The notes under the pieces were generated by a model. That model worked only from the letters and a program-made list of their open reading frames with translations. It made no database searches and was not told where the DNA came from. Positions 1 through 13,762 of a stretch of DNA of 64,000 nucleotides are shown one piece after another. The stretch lies in the NCBI GenBank assembly GCA_964188305.1, contig OZ076890.1; one strand, written 5' to 3'. The translations under genes and the position numbers were made by a program. Positions within the stretch are counted from its first letter, which is position 1. Each line of letters opens with the position of its first letter. The stretch comes from Podarcis bocagei (taxonomy: Eukaryota).

Positions 1-553
1 AAAGGATATTACTGACATCTGAGGCTGCTTCAGAGGCACCCAGTGGTCTAAGGTTGTTGTGTGTGTGGTTTTTTTGGGGGGGCAGGGAAAATACATTGAA
101 GGAGGTGTTCCCATTGGTGCAAAAACCCGCCATAGATCTTTGAATCCTGTTCCATTTGTTTACAGGCCTAGTATAAGCAAGCTAATAGATTTACAAATCT
201 CTCAAGAATGCTAGTGATCTCTAAATAGTATAATTATTTAAAACAGGAGTAGGCAGTGTAGTGTCCAAAACACTCGGTGGGCACCATGTTGACTATCACT
301 GATTTAAGGGGTACTCAATTTTTAGCTGCTTTTTATTGTAGGCTTCATTTTGATTAAATGCAAATATCAAATCTGAGATTTTGTGTGCCAAGGACTGGAA
401 TAAGAATATATACTTAGTAAGTCTCATTGATCAATGGAACAGGCTTTGAAATGAACTTATTCCGTACTAGGGTATTAAGTTAATGGCTGTTCAGAAGTGT
501 ATAGTTTTATTCAGAAGCTGAGCTAATTTTCTAATACAATTGATTTCTCCTAG

Positions 554-774
554 CTTGTGAAGCACTAACAGAATGGGAGTATCTTCCACCTGTTGGACCA
601 CGACCACCAAAGGGATTTGTAGGGCTAAAAAATGCAGGTGCCACTTGCTACATGAATTCTGTCATTCAGCAGCTGTACATGATTCCTGCCATCAGGAATG
701 GAATCCTTGCAATTGAAGGCACAGGAAGTGACGTAGATGATGATATGTCTGGAGATGAGAAGCAAGACAACGAG
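554..774 (+). CDS. USP9X: USP9X coding exon with the catalytic Cys box ([40 protein letters not shown]...)
   Basis: ag/gt boundaries; [16 protein letters not shown] Cys-box; phase matches next exon. Confidence 0.96.
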
Positions 775-2049
775 GTAACACTACATTGTTCTTGACAAAT
801 TTTAATGTAGTTTAAGACTTTCCCTCCTCCCATAGCTCTATACTGTATATCTAGTTATAATGGGAGATATTCAACTTTACGCATACTCAGAATGGATAAT
901 AACTTAAAGAGAAAGAAACGGGAATTTATGGCCACTGGGGGGGGGGGGAGACCATAATGTGATACTATTTGTGAAAACCGGAGAACAATTCCAAACTGGT
1001 GCAACACAATAGAATGCCCAGTATCAAAACAATTGATACTGCTATAAATAAGCAATCAAAAGTTGGTAGTCCCATGCTGCTTTTTATTGTTTAATTAAAC
1101 ACAAAGATCTCAACCCATTGGGTGACACCCAAGTAAGGTCATATTCAGAGTAGTTCAATTTATTTTTGGAACTATTCTTTAATAATGTTAGTGGTACATT
1201 TTATTTAGCTTTTTTATTACTTAATCTGCAATTTTCTTTTACATTGATAGCTGTAGAAAGCGTAATTTCAATAAAATGTAGCAATTTTTGAAGAATTGAT
1301 GTGCTAGTTTTCTTAAGCAAAAACAGTCTTACAATGCCTTAAAGACTAGCATATTGATTACGGCAGAAGCTTTTTGTTAGTCTTTAAAGTGCCATAAGAC
1401 ACTTATTGTTGTCAATAAGTAATAACAGTAACTCTTTGGTGGTTGTTATTAATTAAAGTAACATTTCCCCCTTTTCGGTATATGAGATTTAGTAATAAGG
1501 GTCAATTATAATGGGTAATGAGATAAAAGTATAATGACAATAAATCACCTTGATTGTATTTAATCTGAAAAAAGAGTAAAAAAAATAAACCATGAGGGCT
1601 GCTTCTCATGAGTCTTGTTTTTGTACATGAGTATAGATGTCCACATACATAGGTGGAAGTAAGTGGGTGCAAGATGGCTTTCTAGTCCTTTGAAAAGCCT
1701 CTCACAATGGTAGGAGGAGCTTCCTATGCATGGCAAAGTCATGGTGTTTTGGACTTACTGAAAAAAGTAATTGGAAAAGACTGATGTCTGTTTCCGTATC
1801 TGTAAAAATCGCAAGCTGAACAATCCTGTTGCTTACTTATGAGAATCTTTAGGTTGCCCGCCTGGACTTTGGAACTGAACTGCTTTAGTTGAGATTAGAA
1901 CCTTCATAGGGTTTCGTATGTACTTGCATTTAATCTGAGCTACTACTATTATTTCTCTAGCAGACATTACTAGGTTTTGTTCATAAGGCATATTAATTTC
2001 TATTTATTTTTTCATGCTTACCATTTATATTACATTACTTTTTTAAAAG

Positions 2050-2240
2050 AGCAATGTTGACCCACGGGATGAAGTATTTGGCTATCCACATCAGTATGAA
2101 GATAAACCAAGCTTAAGTAAAACAGAAGACAGAAAAGAATACAACATAGGCGTATTAAGACATCTCCAGGTCATCTTTGGTCACTTAGCAGCTTCTAGGT
2201 TACAGTACTATGTACCCAGAGGGTTTTGGAAGCAATTCAG
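2050..2240 (+). CDS. USP9X: USP9X coding exon ([19 protein letters not shown]...GFWKQFR)
   Basis: aaag|AGC ... CAG|gtaaat; open frame; recognisable USP9X peptide. Confidence 0.95.
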
Positions 2241-2455
2241 GTAAATAGGAAATTAACTTACGTTGAACTGTGTTTATGTGAAGTCTTATGATAGAAACAG
2301 TATATGTTTAATGAAATGCAGTGGAATTTAATATATACTCCTTAAGTGACAGTGTGATGTGTATCTTTTTAATCATGCAGAAGGCAATGTCAGGAAACCC
2401 CAAAATCACTGTATAGATGAAAATATTGGGCTAGTTCAGACATGGGCTGAGTGGA

Positions 2456-2643
2456 AGGGCCACAGCTGAGGGGTAAGAGCACCTGCTTTGTATGCAGGCC
2501 CCAGGTTTGATCCCTGGCATCTCCAGGTACAGCTGGGAGAGACCTTAGCCTGAAACCCTGGAGAGCTGCTGCCAGTCAGTGTAGACAAGTATGTTAGATG
2601 GACCAGTGGACTGACTCAGTATAAGGCAGCTTCCTGTGTTCCT
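2456..2643 (+). mobile_element. tRNA-derived squamate SINE (Squam3-like)
   Basis: tRNA-like head with B-box (ggtttgatccc); body ctggagagctgctgccagtcag; tail ataaggcagcttcctgtgttcct; related copies near 45241 and 47883. Confidence 0.8.
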
Positions 2644-3286
2644 CTGCGTAGGCTGTAAATATGGCAAGAACAAGCCATATTTACCCTGCTCTACAATAGG
2701 CAAAAGTCTTCAGTGTGAAATGGAACTTAGGCTTATACATTTCTATATGAGCAAGCCCCACTCATGAGAGTGGTCTACTGGTGGAGGAGGTGACTGGAGC
2801 ACTTGACTAAGAGCCCAAGTTTCAGGCCCAGGTAAACAGTAATGGTTCCAGGGCCTTAAGGCTCATATCTCTACCACGCTGAACATTTAGTCTTTTTATA
2901 TCTGAACTAGAGCCGGGTCATTTCCCCCCAGTTTCAGAGTTCATCCAGTTTTGAGAATACTTTTCACATTGCCCCTCCCTCACCTCAATAAGGGGAAGGC
3001 AGTGCAAAGTGATTTATCGGAGTTCAATTTGTGGTTCCCCAAATGGGCACTGCCAGTCTGCTATCTGTGTATGCTGAGTGCCACCCCGAGTAAGCCAGAG
3101 TACTAGCTTACATATTTTAAGAGCTGTGCAGCACTTATGAGGATTGCTAGCTAATTGTAATGCTCAGCTTATATGAAGATAGATTTATATAATAGTGATG
3201 TAAAACTACTTTAATTTTTTCATGCTACTTGATTTTGCTGTTAGAAAATCTGTGTGCTTTTATTATGAGAATCTCTTCCATCCTAG

Positions 3287-3460
3287 ACTCTGGGGTGAGC
3301 CTGTAAACCTACGTGAACAGCATGATGCTTTAGAATTTTTTAACTCCTTGGTGGATAGCCTAGATGAAGCTTTAAAAGCCTTGGGTCACCCAGCAATGTT
3401 AAGTAAAGTTTTGGGAGGCTCCTTTGCTGATCAGAAGATCTGTCAAGGCTGCCCACATAG
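3287..3460 (+). CDS. USP9X: USP9X coding exon ([21 protein letters not shown]...ICQGCPHR)
   Basis: QHDALEF motif; cctag| and |gtaagt; ORF 3222..3464. Confidence 0.96.
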
Positions 3461-4680
3461 GTAAGTGTTTCTTCTCTATCATCTCATTTTCATAAAATCA
3501 AAGTAATAATGCTCATCCACTAAAAATATGCTACAAGTCTCCCATTTATGGAAAAGTACAGAGACCATTTAGGAGTGGTTTATATTAGCAAGTTACTCTA
3601 AATACAGCTGATGTAACGTTCTGAGCCATGTTGAGGAAAGTTATCAACCAAAGTTTCAAAAAAAAATTCAGAGTCAGCTCTATGATAGCAAGACACACAT
3701 TTTCTGATGTAATTAAGACGGCAATCACCAGATGTTACATATCAGTTACATATCTGAGTATAGCCTGGTTCGTGCTGATATCCCCAGAGAAGCCTAGGCA
3801 ACTCTATGGCTATGGCTGCTGACACTCAAGGCAACATGCTTTTGTGAGCCCACACTTAACGTTTGTAATTTGTCATTTGGTTTGACAAGATGGACTTGCA
3901 ACAAAATGCTGCAATATGGAGCACTCCTCTTCTGGTGCCAGCCAGACATGCCTTTATCCAGGATACTTCATTTCGCACCCACCCACCAGCCACCCCAAGA
4001 TGCTCATAGTTTGTGATCTTATTATACCTTATTAATTCGGGTCGTCCGTCCCCCCCCCCCCGCCCCTTAAAGAGTTTTGTCCTAAAGTCATTTTTAGAGC
4101 CTGTAATATCTCCCTATTGTACATGGATTGTGCTGTTTTGGTTACAAAAGGCAACTGGAGAATGAATTTGTAATATGATCAAAATAAATACGGTACTATA
4201 GAGTAAAATTTCAAAATGCTTTTTTGAAAGCTGATGCTGTGTAAATGTTAAATAATAGTGAAGCACCCTAAATGTTCCTTAAGTGTATTCAAAATACTAG
4301 ACTTTATGATATTTTACATTTTCAGATTAAGATGTACAATACTCCCTACCAAAGTTTAAGTCCAGATTCAGAGACTGACTTGCTGCTTGGCTTGTTCACA
4401 CATTACAGTTGTGGGTACTGATAGGAAGGTCTTGGTGCTGGTCATCATCCACTCGTGTCTATTGCTATTTTTCAGGACTGATAAAGTTGTTCTGAGACAG
4501 TTGAGAAAAAAATGTCATAAGCCTATTTATAACCTCTATGGAACAGATTTCTTGAGCATTTTGTACACTTAAAATACACATTTTTGGTACTGTTTTCAAA
4601 ACATTGCTTCAGGATGAAAATATTTTCTTGAATTCATACTGTGTCAGCATAACTTAACCTAATCTGCCAACAATTAATAG

Positions 4681-4822
4681 GTACGAATGTGAAGAATCTT
4701 TTACAACGCTGAATGTAGATATAAGAAATCACCAAAACCTGCTTGACTCTTTGGAACAGTACGTCAAGGGAGACTTACTGGAAGGTGCAAATGCATATCA
4801 TTGTGAAAAATGCAACAAGAAG
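4681..4822 (+). CDS. USP9X: USP9X coding exon ([16 protein letters not shown]...YHCEKCNKK)
   Basis: Splice sites; fingers-subdomain CxxC; ORF 4751..4963. Confidence 0.96.
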
Positions 4823-5291
4823 GTAACTGAAATACAGCATTTTTCTTTTTCCTTTTTCTCTTTTTATAAAAAAAACTTTGAAAATTCATATGAACGTGTC
4901 AACTATTTATTTAATTTTGGAAGACCTAATGCAGGCATGGCCAAACTTGGTCATGTTAGCTAGGGATAATGGGAGGTGTAGTCCCAAAACAGTTGGAGGA
5001 CCAAGTTGGAGGCCTGAAACATTTTAAATGGCTTCATTGTGTAGGAGAACTGAGAGTTACAGTTACATACTTCATAACCACAATTCAGGAAGGACTGTTA
5101 AAGCTGCAAACCGATCTTTTCAGTATTATATCAAATTTGTCTGTGATATGCAATGCATAATATATTGATATATTGGTATATTATAGCACTTTGACAAAGA
5201 ATTGTGGCAATATTTTTCACTTGCATTTGTAATTGGCATTGATAATTTACACAGATAGAATACATTAACATGTGAATCTTTTATTCCTTAG

Positions 5292-6042
5292 GTTGATACA
5301 GTTAAACGCTTGCTAATTAAAAAGTTGCCCCCAGTTCTTGCCATCCAACTAAAACGATTTGACTATGACTGGGAAAGGGAATGTGCAATCAAGTTCAATG
5401 ACTATTTTGAATTTCCGCGAGAGTTGGACATGGAACCTTATACAGTGGCAGGAGTAGCTAAACTAGAAGGGGATGATGTAAATCCTGAAAATCAGCTGAT
5501 ACAGAATGAACAGTCTGAAAATGAACATTCTGGAAGTACTAAATACAGACTTGTTGGTGTATTGGTGCACAGTGGTCAAGCCAGTGGTGGACATTACTAC
5601 TCTTACATAATTCAGAGAAATGGTGGAGATGGTGAGAAAAACAGGTGGTATAAATTTGATGATGGTGACGTAACAGAATGCAAAATGGATGATGATGAAG
5701 AAATGAAAAATCAGTGTTTTGGTGGAGAGTACATGGGAGAAGTATTTGACCATATGATGAAGCGCATGTCTTACAGACGTCAGAAGAGGTGGTGGAATGC
5801 TTACATTCTCTTTTATGAACGCATGGACACAGTAGACAGAGACAATGAACTAATAAAATATATTTCAGAACTTACAATGACCACTAAACCCCATCAAATT
5901 AAAATGCCATCTGCCATTGAGCGAAGTGTACGGAAGCAAAATGTCCAGTTCATGCATAACCGAATGCAGTACAGCCTAGAATATTTCCAGTTCATAAAGA
6001 AATTACTGACTTGTAACAGTGTCTATCTAAATCCTCCTCCAG
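5292..6042 (+). CDS. USP9X: USP9X large exon with the His box ([16 protein letters not shown]...WYKFDD)
   Basis: ORF 5310..6047; USP His box; ttag| and |gttagt. Confidence 0.98.
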
Positions 6043-6604
6043 GTTAGTGTTTGGATATTTATAATATATTTTGACAAGAGGTAGTGAAAGTACATAGCTT
6101 TTAACATTTCTCATATTTTTGTGTATCATTTTAAACATTACAAATTTGGATAAGAGACTATTATTCCTCAGGCATTTTCTAATATGTAAGAGTGATAGAA
6201 AAGACAAGGTTGCTGTTTCCTTGGTATTAAGCATTATTTACATTTGCTTAAAAAACGTATTTGGCCGATAAATGCAACAAAAAAGATACTGGTGTCTAAC
6301 TGAAGTGCTGTGGTCTGTAAGTCCAACCGTTTTATAGATCACAAGAAAAAATGTTTAGCAATGCTGGCTGACAACTTAAGTTTGAGTACTGAATTCTCTT
6401 AAATATCTTTCCTGGTTTTTTTAAAAATAAAATTTATATACCACTTAATATAAAAAGAAATCTCTGAGAGGTTTACATAAAATATAATAATTTTCTAATA
6501 ATTTAAGATTTATATTGAGAGTCAGGTTGACAAACAACCCGGAATAATCTGTTGTATCACTTTCAAATAAATTTCTTAACATTTTGTCTTCTGTTTCTCT
6601 TTAG

Positions 6605-6728
6605 GTCAGGATCATCTATTGCCTGAAGCAGAAGAAATAACCATGATTGGTGTTCAGCTTGCTGCTAGGTTTCTCTTTACCACAGGATTTCACACAAAGA
6701 AAATTGTCCGTGGTCCTGCCAGTGACTG
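6605..6728 (+). CDS. USP9X: USP9X coding exon ([24 protein letters not shown]...PASDW)
   Basis: Polypyrimidine+ag, gt donor; phases agree with neighbouring exons. Confidence 0.93.
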
Positions 6729-7023
6729 GTATATTTGCCTTTAAGAAGAATTTGACTGTCATAAGTTTTATTGTACTGATTATATGGTACAATTTAATCA
6801 TTCAGAATGTGAAATAACAGTGCATTGAAACTGAGCCTCAAAACCACTGTTTCTAGTTGTTTTTAATTTGGTTAAAACTTGGGTTAATAAGGAATCCTGG
6901 TTCATATTAATCATGGTTAACAAAGCTCCTACTACTAACATGCAGTGCTAGAGTTGAAGTGTCCACCTTTATACACAAGTCTGTTTTCTGGGTATGTGAT
7001 GCTGTTAATTTATTTTTTTCCAG

Positions 7024-7249
7024 GTATGATGCTTTGTGCATTCTCCTTCGTCATAGCAAGAATGTACGTTTTTGGTTTGCGCACAATGTCCTTTTCAATG
7101 TTTCAAATCGCTTCTCCGAATACCTTTTGGAATGCCCTAGTGCTGAAGTGAGGGGAGCATTTGCAAAACTTATAGTATTTATTGCACATTTTTCATTGCA
7201 AGATGGACCATGTCCTTCACCTTTTGCTTCACCTGGACCTTCTAGTCAG
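7024..7249 (+). CDS. USP9X: USP9X coding exon ([18 protein letters not shown]...PGPSSQ)
   Basis: ORF 6959..7321; splice sites. Confidence 0.95.
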
Positions 7250-8088
7250 GTATGCTTTTTCTACAATCAGAATACAATAGTAGAGAGCTGTCAAATTCTA
7301 TATAGTCTAAATATAAATTGATATAATAGAATTTTTGTATAATCTCCATTTAGCACAGGGTGGGGAACTGTTGACCCACAAAGGCTTTTTATGTGACCTG
7401 CAAACCCCCAACACGTTTTGTGGCCACAGAAGTGTTGCTGCTTGGGCGAGGAAACACCATTGCTCACTGCTTCTCCTCCTGGCTTCCTCCACCACTTCTG
7501 CAAAATTTAATTGCTCCTTGCTTTGAGGCACTACATGTCGCTTTTACTGTAATTCCCAAGTAAACTGTCACTCCAAGAGTATTCGGTGATAATCACCTGT
7601 GCTCGGCTATCTTTAGACACCCAAGCACTCAAGAAGCAGCCGTTCCATTGGGAACTGTAAGAGAAGCCAGCTATACCTTGCAGCAAGGGGCAGGGTGAGA
7701 GAAGCCAGTCCCTTGGAAGTTTGGTGGTGAGGAAGTTGCAACCCTTGGGCTCAAAACAATTTCCCATCCCTGGTTTCAGAATTATTTATTTATTTGGTCT
7801 TTCTCCTAAGTTCTTGACTACCTTCCTGAAGGTTACTGTTTGAATTGGTCTCATATTTAGTACCCCTGCCTCTCCCAGCTTAATCTGCTAAGTAATGTGT
7901 GATACATTCCTCTATTATTCAGTATAGGATAAAACATTTTAATCACAGAAATTTGATACAGTGAATAGTTCAGGAATTTGATATCATTAGTTCTGATAAT
8001 TAAACAATAAAAGTTGCATTTCATTCTGGTTTGAGAATTTACATTCAGCTGGTCTTTTAATAGGCTGTAGTGAAGCAGCTTTACATGT

Positions 8089-8090
<2 letters not shown>

Positions 8091-8144
<54 letters not shown>

Positions 8145-8150
8145 AATAAT
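8091..8150. repeat. (AAT)n then (AAAT)n microsatellite just upstream of a USP9X acceptor
   Basis: Seen directly. Confidence 0.97.
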
Positions 8151-8174
8151 ATCAACCTTTGTGTTGTTTTGTAG

Positions 8175-8304
8175 GCCTATGACAATTTAAGTTTGAGTGA
8201 CCATTTGCTGAGAGCAGTACTGAATCTTCTTCGAAGGGAAGTGTCAGAGCACGGGCGCCATTTGCAGCAATATTTCAACTTGTTTGTGATGTATGCCAAC
8301 TTAG
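8175..8304 (+). CDS. USP9X: USP9X coding exon ([19 protein letters not shown]...YANL)
   Basis: ORF 8193..8396; splice sites. Confidence 0.95.
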
Positions 8305-8805
8305 GTAATGTGATGTTTCACCCTAAAGGCTTTGTCCATGTTGTTCTGTCACTGCACTTACTTAATAGTCTTGACTCTTGCCCATTGAATGCTTAATGGT
8401 GCGGCATAAATTGTTATTAATAGCTTAAATCCGTGGTTTTCAGTCTGTGCTCTGGGGATCCCTTAATGCAGGACAGTCTTCTCTGGAAGACAGCCACCCA
8501 CCACTACCAATTTTTCCGTGATCCCACAGCTGCAAGGGAAAAGAGTGTTGGTTGGTTTTTCCCCAGAGCTATTCCTCAGCAGACAATTGATGCGTTCTTA
8601 ATCTTGTTGAATCAGAAAGGTTTTGAGTGATTCTGGCTGGATTGTTGAAGGCATGGAGTATTGTATTCACAGTAAATGCCCATTTATGGATTTCCCAATG
8701 TGAACAGTTATCTGAATATTTTTTGTTTATATGATTCAGTTCAGTAGCTTAAATGTAGCTAAGTATGTTTTCATTATTCTTCCTCTTTTTCCAACTTCCC
8801 TTTAG

Positions 8806-8991
8806 GTGTAGCAGAAAAAACACAGCTTTTAAAACTAAATGTACCTGCCACATTTATGCTTGTGGCACTGGATGAAGGCCCAGGTCCTCCAATCAAATAC
8901 CAGTATGCTGAACTAGGCAAACTCTATACTGTGGTGTCCCAGTTAATCCGCTGTTGCAATGTGTCATCACGTATGCAGTCTTCTATCAACG
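8806..8991 (+). CDS. USP9X: USP9X coding exon ([16 protein letters not shown]...MQSSIN)
   Basis: ORF 8856..9113; splice sites. Confidence 0.95.
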
Positions 8992-9142
8992 GTACTGTTA
9001 ACTCTGGAGCATTTAAACAGAATATATTTGTGATTAAATGTGTGTGGCAGTTTATTATTCATCATGGCATCTCACTAATCTTTTGTCTGTTACGCTGGCC
9101 TGTGTTTACTTAAAGATTTGGAAAAGTTTCAAATCATTAAAA

Positions 9143-9372
9143 TACAGTAAGCTCACAACTTACACACGTTTAAGTTGTGCTCGTTAAGCTTTTCATGCTT
9201 GGCATTTTTTAAAGAAAAGAAATTAGAAAGGAGACTGGCATCCAGGAGAAAAGACTTCAGCAGTCCCACCTGCCATTGTACCCAATGTGTTTTGACTATA
9301 CTTGATTTTTAGTTTAGGCGTGATTGTGATCCCTGGAATGTAACCTTCCATGTAAGTTGAGGATTTTCTGTA
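9143..9372. mobile_element. Tc1/mariner (Tigger/pogo-like) MITE
   Basis: TA-flanked imperfect TIRs cagtaagctcacaacttaca / tgtaagttgaggattttctg; related copy at 58669-58859. Confidence 0.65.
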
Positions 9373-9795
9373 TTACCAGAACTGTATGTGCAAAGGTTGG
9401 TTCTCTTAAATGTGTCTAGATGTGACACAACTATTCCATATTTTGCTAGTGCAAGTTAAGCCTATTCCAAGGGAAGTCTTAGAAAAGCCTTGTTTAATTG
9501 TCCAGGCTTTGATTTTTCACTAAGGAATACTACCAAACCCCATGTTTTACAAAACCAGCCGCGATGCTTTACAGTGATCATAACTGTTACATCAGAAGTT
9601 GAATCTGCATCTGTCAGACTTGGCCTAGGTGAATACTTATAGAATAGCGATTTTCATAATCGAACAAGAGACATTTCACATATGTATGTAATGTACTTCA
9701 CATGTTCTGTGAAGTAATTAAAAAGATGACATTAAATAGTACCTTGTTGGTTTCTGTAGTTCAAATAAAAAATAATATAACAAATTTCTTTTTAG

Positions 9796-10016
9796 GTAAT
9801 CCTCCACTTAGCAACCCTTATGGTGATACTAATTTATCACAGCCTATAATGGCACTTCAGCAGAATGTGGCAGACATCTTGTTTGTGCGAACTAGTTATG
9901 TGAAAAAAATAATTGAAGACTGCAGTAACTCAGAAGAGACCATCAAACTACTTCGCTTCTGCTGTTGGGAGAATCCTCAGTTTTCATCTACAGTCCTTAG
10001 TGAACTACTTTGGCAG
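9796..10016 (+). CDS. USP9X: USP9X coding exon ([10 protein letters not shown]...LSELLWQ)
   Basis: ORF 9702..10031; splice sites. Confidence 0.95.
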
Positions 10017-10353
10017 GTAAAAAATGATTAAAATGTCAGGAAAGGTGTGTTTTATTCAAGAGGTTGATGTGCAGATGTCATTGTCCCTTGATTTTCATCC
10101 TCTTAGTCTTTAGAGTTGCAACAAGTAGTGGTTACTTTAAAAAAAGTCACCACCAGAGAAAATGAATGCTCTTTCAATGATAAAGCCTAATTTAACAGAA
10201 ATATTTCCTTAGCTTGCGGCGTTGAAACGAAAGCTCATTCATAATATAATACTGTACCCATCCAGTTATTCATAGCATGAATTCTCCTGTACTACACACT
10301 TAAATAATCATTAAGTGCATGTTAATATTTTCCTCAAATTCCACTTTTTAAAG

Positions 10354-10442
10354 GTTGCATATTCATACACATATGAACTTCGACCGTACTTGGATCTCCT
10401 TCTGCAAATCTTGCTAATTGAGGACTCTTGGCAGACTCACAG
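10354..10442 (+). CDS. USP9X: USP9X coding exon ([30 protein letters not shown])
   Basis: ORF 10315..10554; splice sites. Confidence 0.95.
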
Positions 10443-10663
10443 GTTAGCACTTGGGTTTCTTGTGTTTTTGGATTCTGCATTTTTTGCATTAATAATGTGG
10501 TGCTTCTGTGTGAAAGTCTTGGTGATTGCTTCATGGAGACATAGCATATTTTAGTTGCCTACTGGAAACAATAAAGTACCTTAAGCCATATCCAAAGTGA
10601 CTGTTAACAGAGCATATGGGGACTGCCAAATGGTCATGCACTCTGTATACCTATACCTATACC

Positions 10664-10664
<1 letters not shown>

Positions 10665-10702
<38 letters not shown>
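10665..10702. repeat. (TA)n(GA)n microsatellite
   Basis: Seen directly. Confidence 0.95.
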
Positions 10703-10705
<3 letters not shown>

Positions 10706-11728
10706 TGTATGATGTATATGATAAATTAGCTAGCAAGTTTTTTGTGCAATTGTTACTTTAAATTAAATTTTACAGATGAGTTTAGTTGTTAAAACTGTTA
10801 ATTCCTTGGTTCAGCTATCTTCTCTGAGAATGCACTAGGTGGTTCTGGATAAAGCATTATTCTCTTCTCTGCTTCCCATCTGTTACATGGGGGTGATAAT
10901 ACTGGTGTACCTTCTTTGGCGATCACTCGTAGCCGAGTAAGATTGTCTTCCATGAGCACAGTCTTAACAGTGAGTCCATAAGTGACTGGGGGAGCCAATT
11001 CTGGATCCACACATCTTTCCAGATTGGGGACATAGGTTTCTGGGTGGACGTTGATCATGGCGGCATACTTTAGCAGGAAGAAGACAAGAAGGACTACTGA
11101 GATGAGGGGGAACTGTTTTGAGTACTTGGGGAAACTGCTATATAAACACTGAGCCTTATTAAATTGGTTGACTGTTCTATTTTGTGTGAATCAATCTGCT
11201 ATGAAAATCATTCAGGCTATAGCTCAAAAGGATTTTTAATTTTATTTCTGCAGGGAAGTGGAGGGAGTTTATGGTAGAGAAACAGCAGCTGGGTTCAGGA
11301 AAGCTTAGGCAGAAATGGAGACCTGAGCTCACTTTGCATGGGCCCTAAAAAAAATCTGGTACAGGCCATAATGGTGATTACCAAGTGAGAAAATGAACAC
11401 ATTCTGCATATTTAGATGTCACCCTTTTAGAAGAGGGTGTGAAGAAAAAAATTAAAAATATCACTGACAGTGCTTCACAACTACTGGTACTCTGTAATGA
11501 TACGGCAAGATCCTAGAAGAGAGACATTCCATCTTGTTATGAGTAGAGGGGGCGTGCCTCTCCTAAGATTGTGTCTTACGCCCACAGTTTTGCAAGTACA
11601 GACACTGATTATCTGGATCTGCTGGGTCTAAGCTTGTGCAACATTTTAATTTATGATGCTGACATTTACATGCATGTTTATAGTCTGTGTGAAATTCTGA
11701 CTTTTTGCTGTGTTTGGGATTCTCTTAG

Positions 11729-11885
11729 GATTCACAATGCACTTAAAGGAATTCCAGATGACCGGGATGGGCTATTTGATACCATTCAACGCTCTAAGAA
11801 TCATTATCAGAAAAGGGCTTACCAGTGTATAAAGTGTATGGTAGCTCTTTTCAGCAACTGTCCAGTAGCCTACCAGATTTTACAG
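11729..11885 (+). CDS. USP9X: USP9X coding exon ([16 protein letters not shown]...AYQILQ)
   Basis: ORF 11571..11969; splice sites. Confidence 0.95.
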
Positions 11886-12307
11886 GTAATTACTTTTATC
11901 TCAAGAAAAAATTACTTTCTCTATTTTTCTAATGCTACAAAAAGAGGGACAGGGCTGAGCCAAGTTTAGTTATAACAGAACTCTTTCTGCAGAGTCACTA
12001 AGATAAAGCCATGGTCTTGTATATTTTATCCAAATAAATTGGGGAAAACACCACCAAGAGCAAATGTCTATTCCCTCATAGAAATAAAATTAGAACAGAA
12101 TTGTAGGATTGGAAGGGATTATCGAGTTGAACGCCCTGCAATGGAGGTATCTCAACTAAAGCATCCATGACAAAATAGAACCGCAGGGACCTTACTGGAG
12201 TATTTTTTGTTTGCTTTGGTTTTTTGTTTTACAAAAATTAAGAGTAATGAATGGGAAACTATACACCCCGTTTAAAAAGCTGCATTGGACTGAGGTGTGT
12301 TTAGAAG

Positions 12308-13723
12308 TACTGTAAATTTCGCTCTATAACACGCAGATTTTTTCTCCTAAAAAGTAAGGTTTGTGCGTGTTATTGAGCGAATGCGTGGTCCCTGGAGCTG
12401 ACTCGCCAGAGCGCAGGGGCAAAATAGGCAAAAATCAGGCAAAAATAAGATCGGGGCGGGCTGGCGGAGGGAAGAGGAAAGGCGGAAGCTTTGCTGCATT
12501 CTGCCTCAGGGTCTTACTGCCCACCCGCTTCTGTTGCTGCGTTTGCTCAAACTCAACAAAGAGCAGGGAATCCCCTGCCCTCCTGGCAAGCAGAGGGTTA
12601 AGGAAAGGATCGAGTCCTTCCTTCTAATTCTTTCCTAGTCACACTGCGTGCAGGCTCCAGCCCACCACCTCCTCCTCTCCGTGCTCTAGGGACTCGCAGG
12701 CAGCCGAAAAACATGCAAGTGGGAGAGAGAGAGAGGGCTGGCTTGGGTGGGGGACTTTTGCTTTACAATGGTAGGTTTCTCATTTCTTTTCCAAAAGCAG
12801 AGAGCCCTGCCCCCAGGCCCCCTCCAAATTACAGCTTCTCCAAGCAATGTACTGCTGGAGGGAGACAGTATGCTTGTTTGGAAGAGAAACCCTGCTTCCC
12901 TGCTCGTAAGTAACAGCAGGTTGGATTGCAGAGTGAGACATGGAAATCTCTGGATTTATATGCTGTATATCAAATATCTTAATCTATACTTTCTACACGC
13001 GGCTGGTAAATCAGAATCTCCTGAGCCAGGAGGATTACAGCATCTCTCCTCTCCCCTTCATTAAAAGCCTAATACTCTTCTTTGAAGAAGTATAACGTGA
13101 GAATGTTTTTTATATATATATTTTAAAGTTCTTTTCCTCATTGTGCGCTATACACTGATAATTGCTGCCACAATAACAATTGATTGAAAATGGAATTTAG
13201 TCTCCCCCCCCCCATAGAGAGCTGTTCTTCAAACGTTTAGCCTTAATACAGTGGCTGATGTAATACCCTTCTGCTTCACTAGGCATTTTATATAGGGACA
13301 TTAAAATTGATTTTCTACATCTTGGCAGATGAAAAAAAAGTGTGTTACATGCCCTATTGCCCAAAAGTGTGCAAGCACAGAGCAAAGGTTGCTGTGACAG
13401 AGGTGGCCAAAAAAGAAATACCGTAAATAAAAAAGAAATCATACTTCGTATATCCTGTCTGGCTTGGGGGGGGGGGACTTTTGCTTTCCTTCCCTCCCCA
13501 TTTAAAACATGGTTACAAAGCATGGATCCACATGGATTCTCAGGATTTTTGCATTGGGCTACTCCAAACTCACTGTCAGATCACATGTCTGTGGCCACAG
13601 CATGAACCACAAAAATCATACATCCACTGTTTCATTTAGAATATTTTTTTTTCTTGTTTTCCTCCTCTAAAAACTACGTGCGTGTTATGGTCTGGTGCGT
13701 GTTATAGAGCGAAAAATACGGTA
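12308..13723. mobile_element. Non-autonomous Tc1/mariner-superfamily DNA transposon (~1.4 kb)
   Basis: TA-flanked TIRs ctgtaaatttcgctctataacacgca / tgcgtgttatagagcgaaaaatacgg; no transposase ORF. Confidence 0.8.
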
Positions 13724-13762
13724 ATTTTAAAATATTGAATGGCCTTTTTTTCATCTTTTCAG

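Noticed and set aside
2456-2525. tRNA-like sequence
   Set aside because: It is the head of a tRNA-derived SINE, not a functional tRNA cloverleaf.
6729-7023. Donor gtatat as a possible U12 intron; the intron also has ggtatgtgatgct, echoing the next exon start
   Set aside because: Lacks GTATCCTT and a U12 branch site; the echo is short and probably chance.
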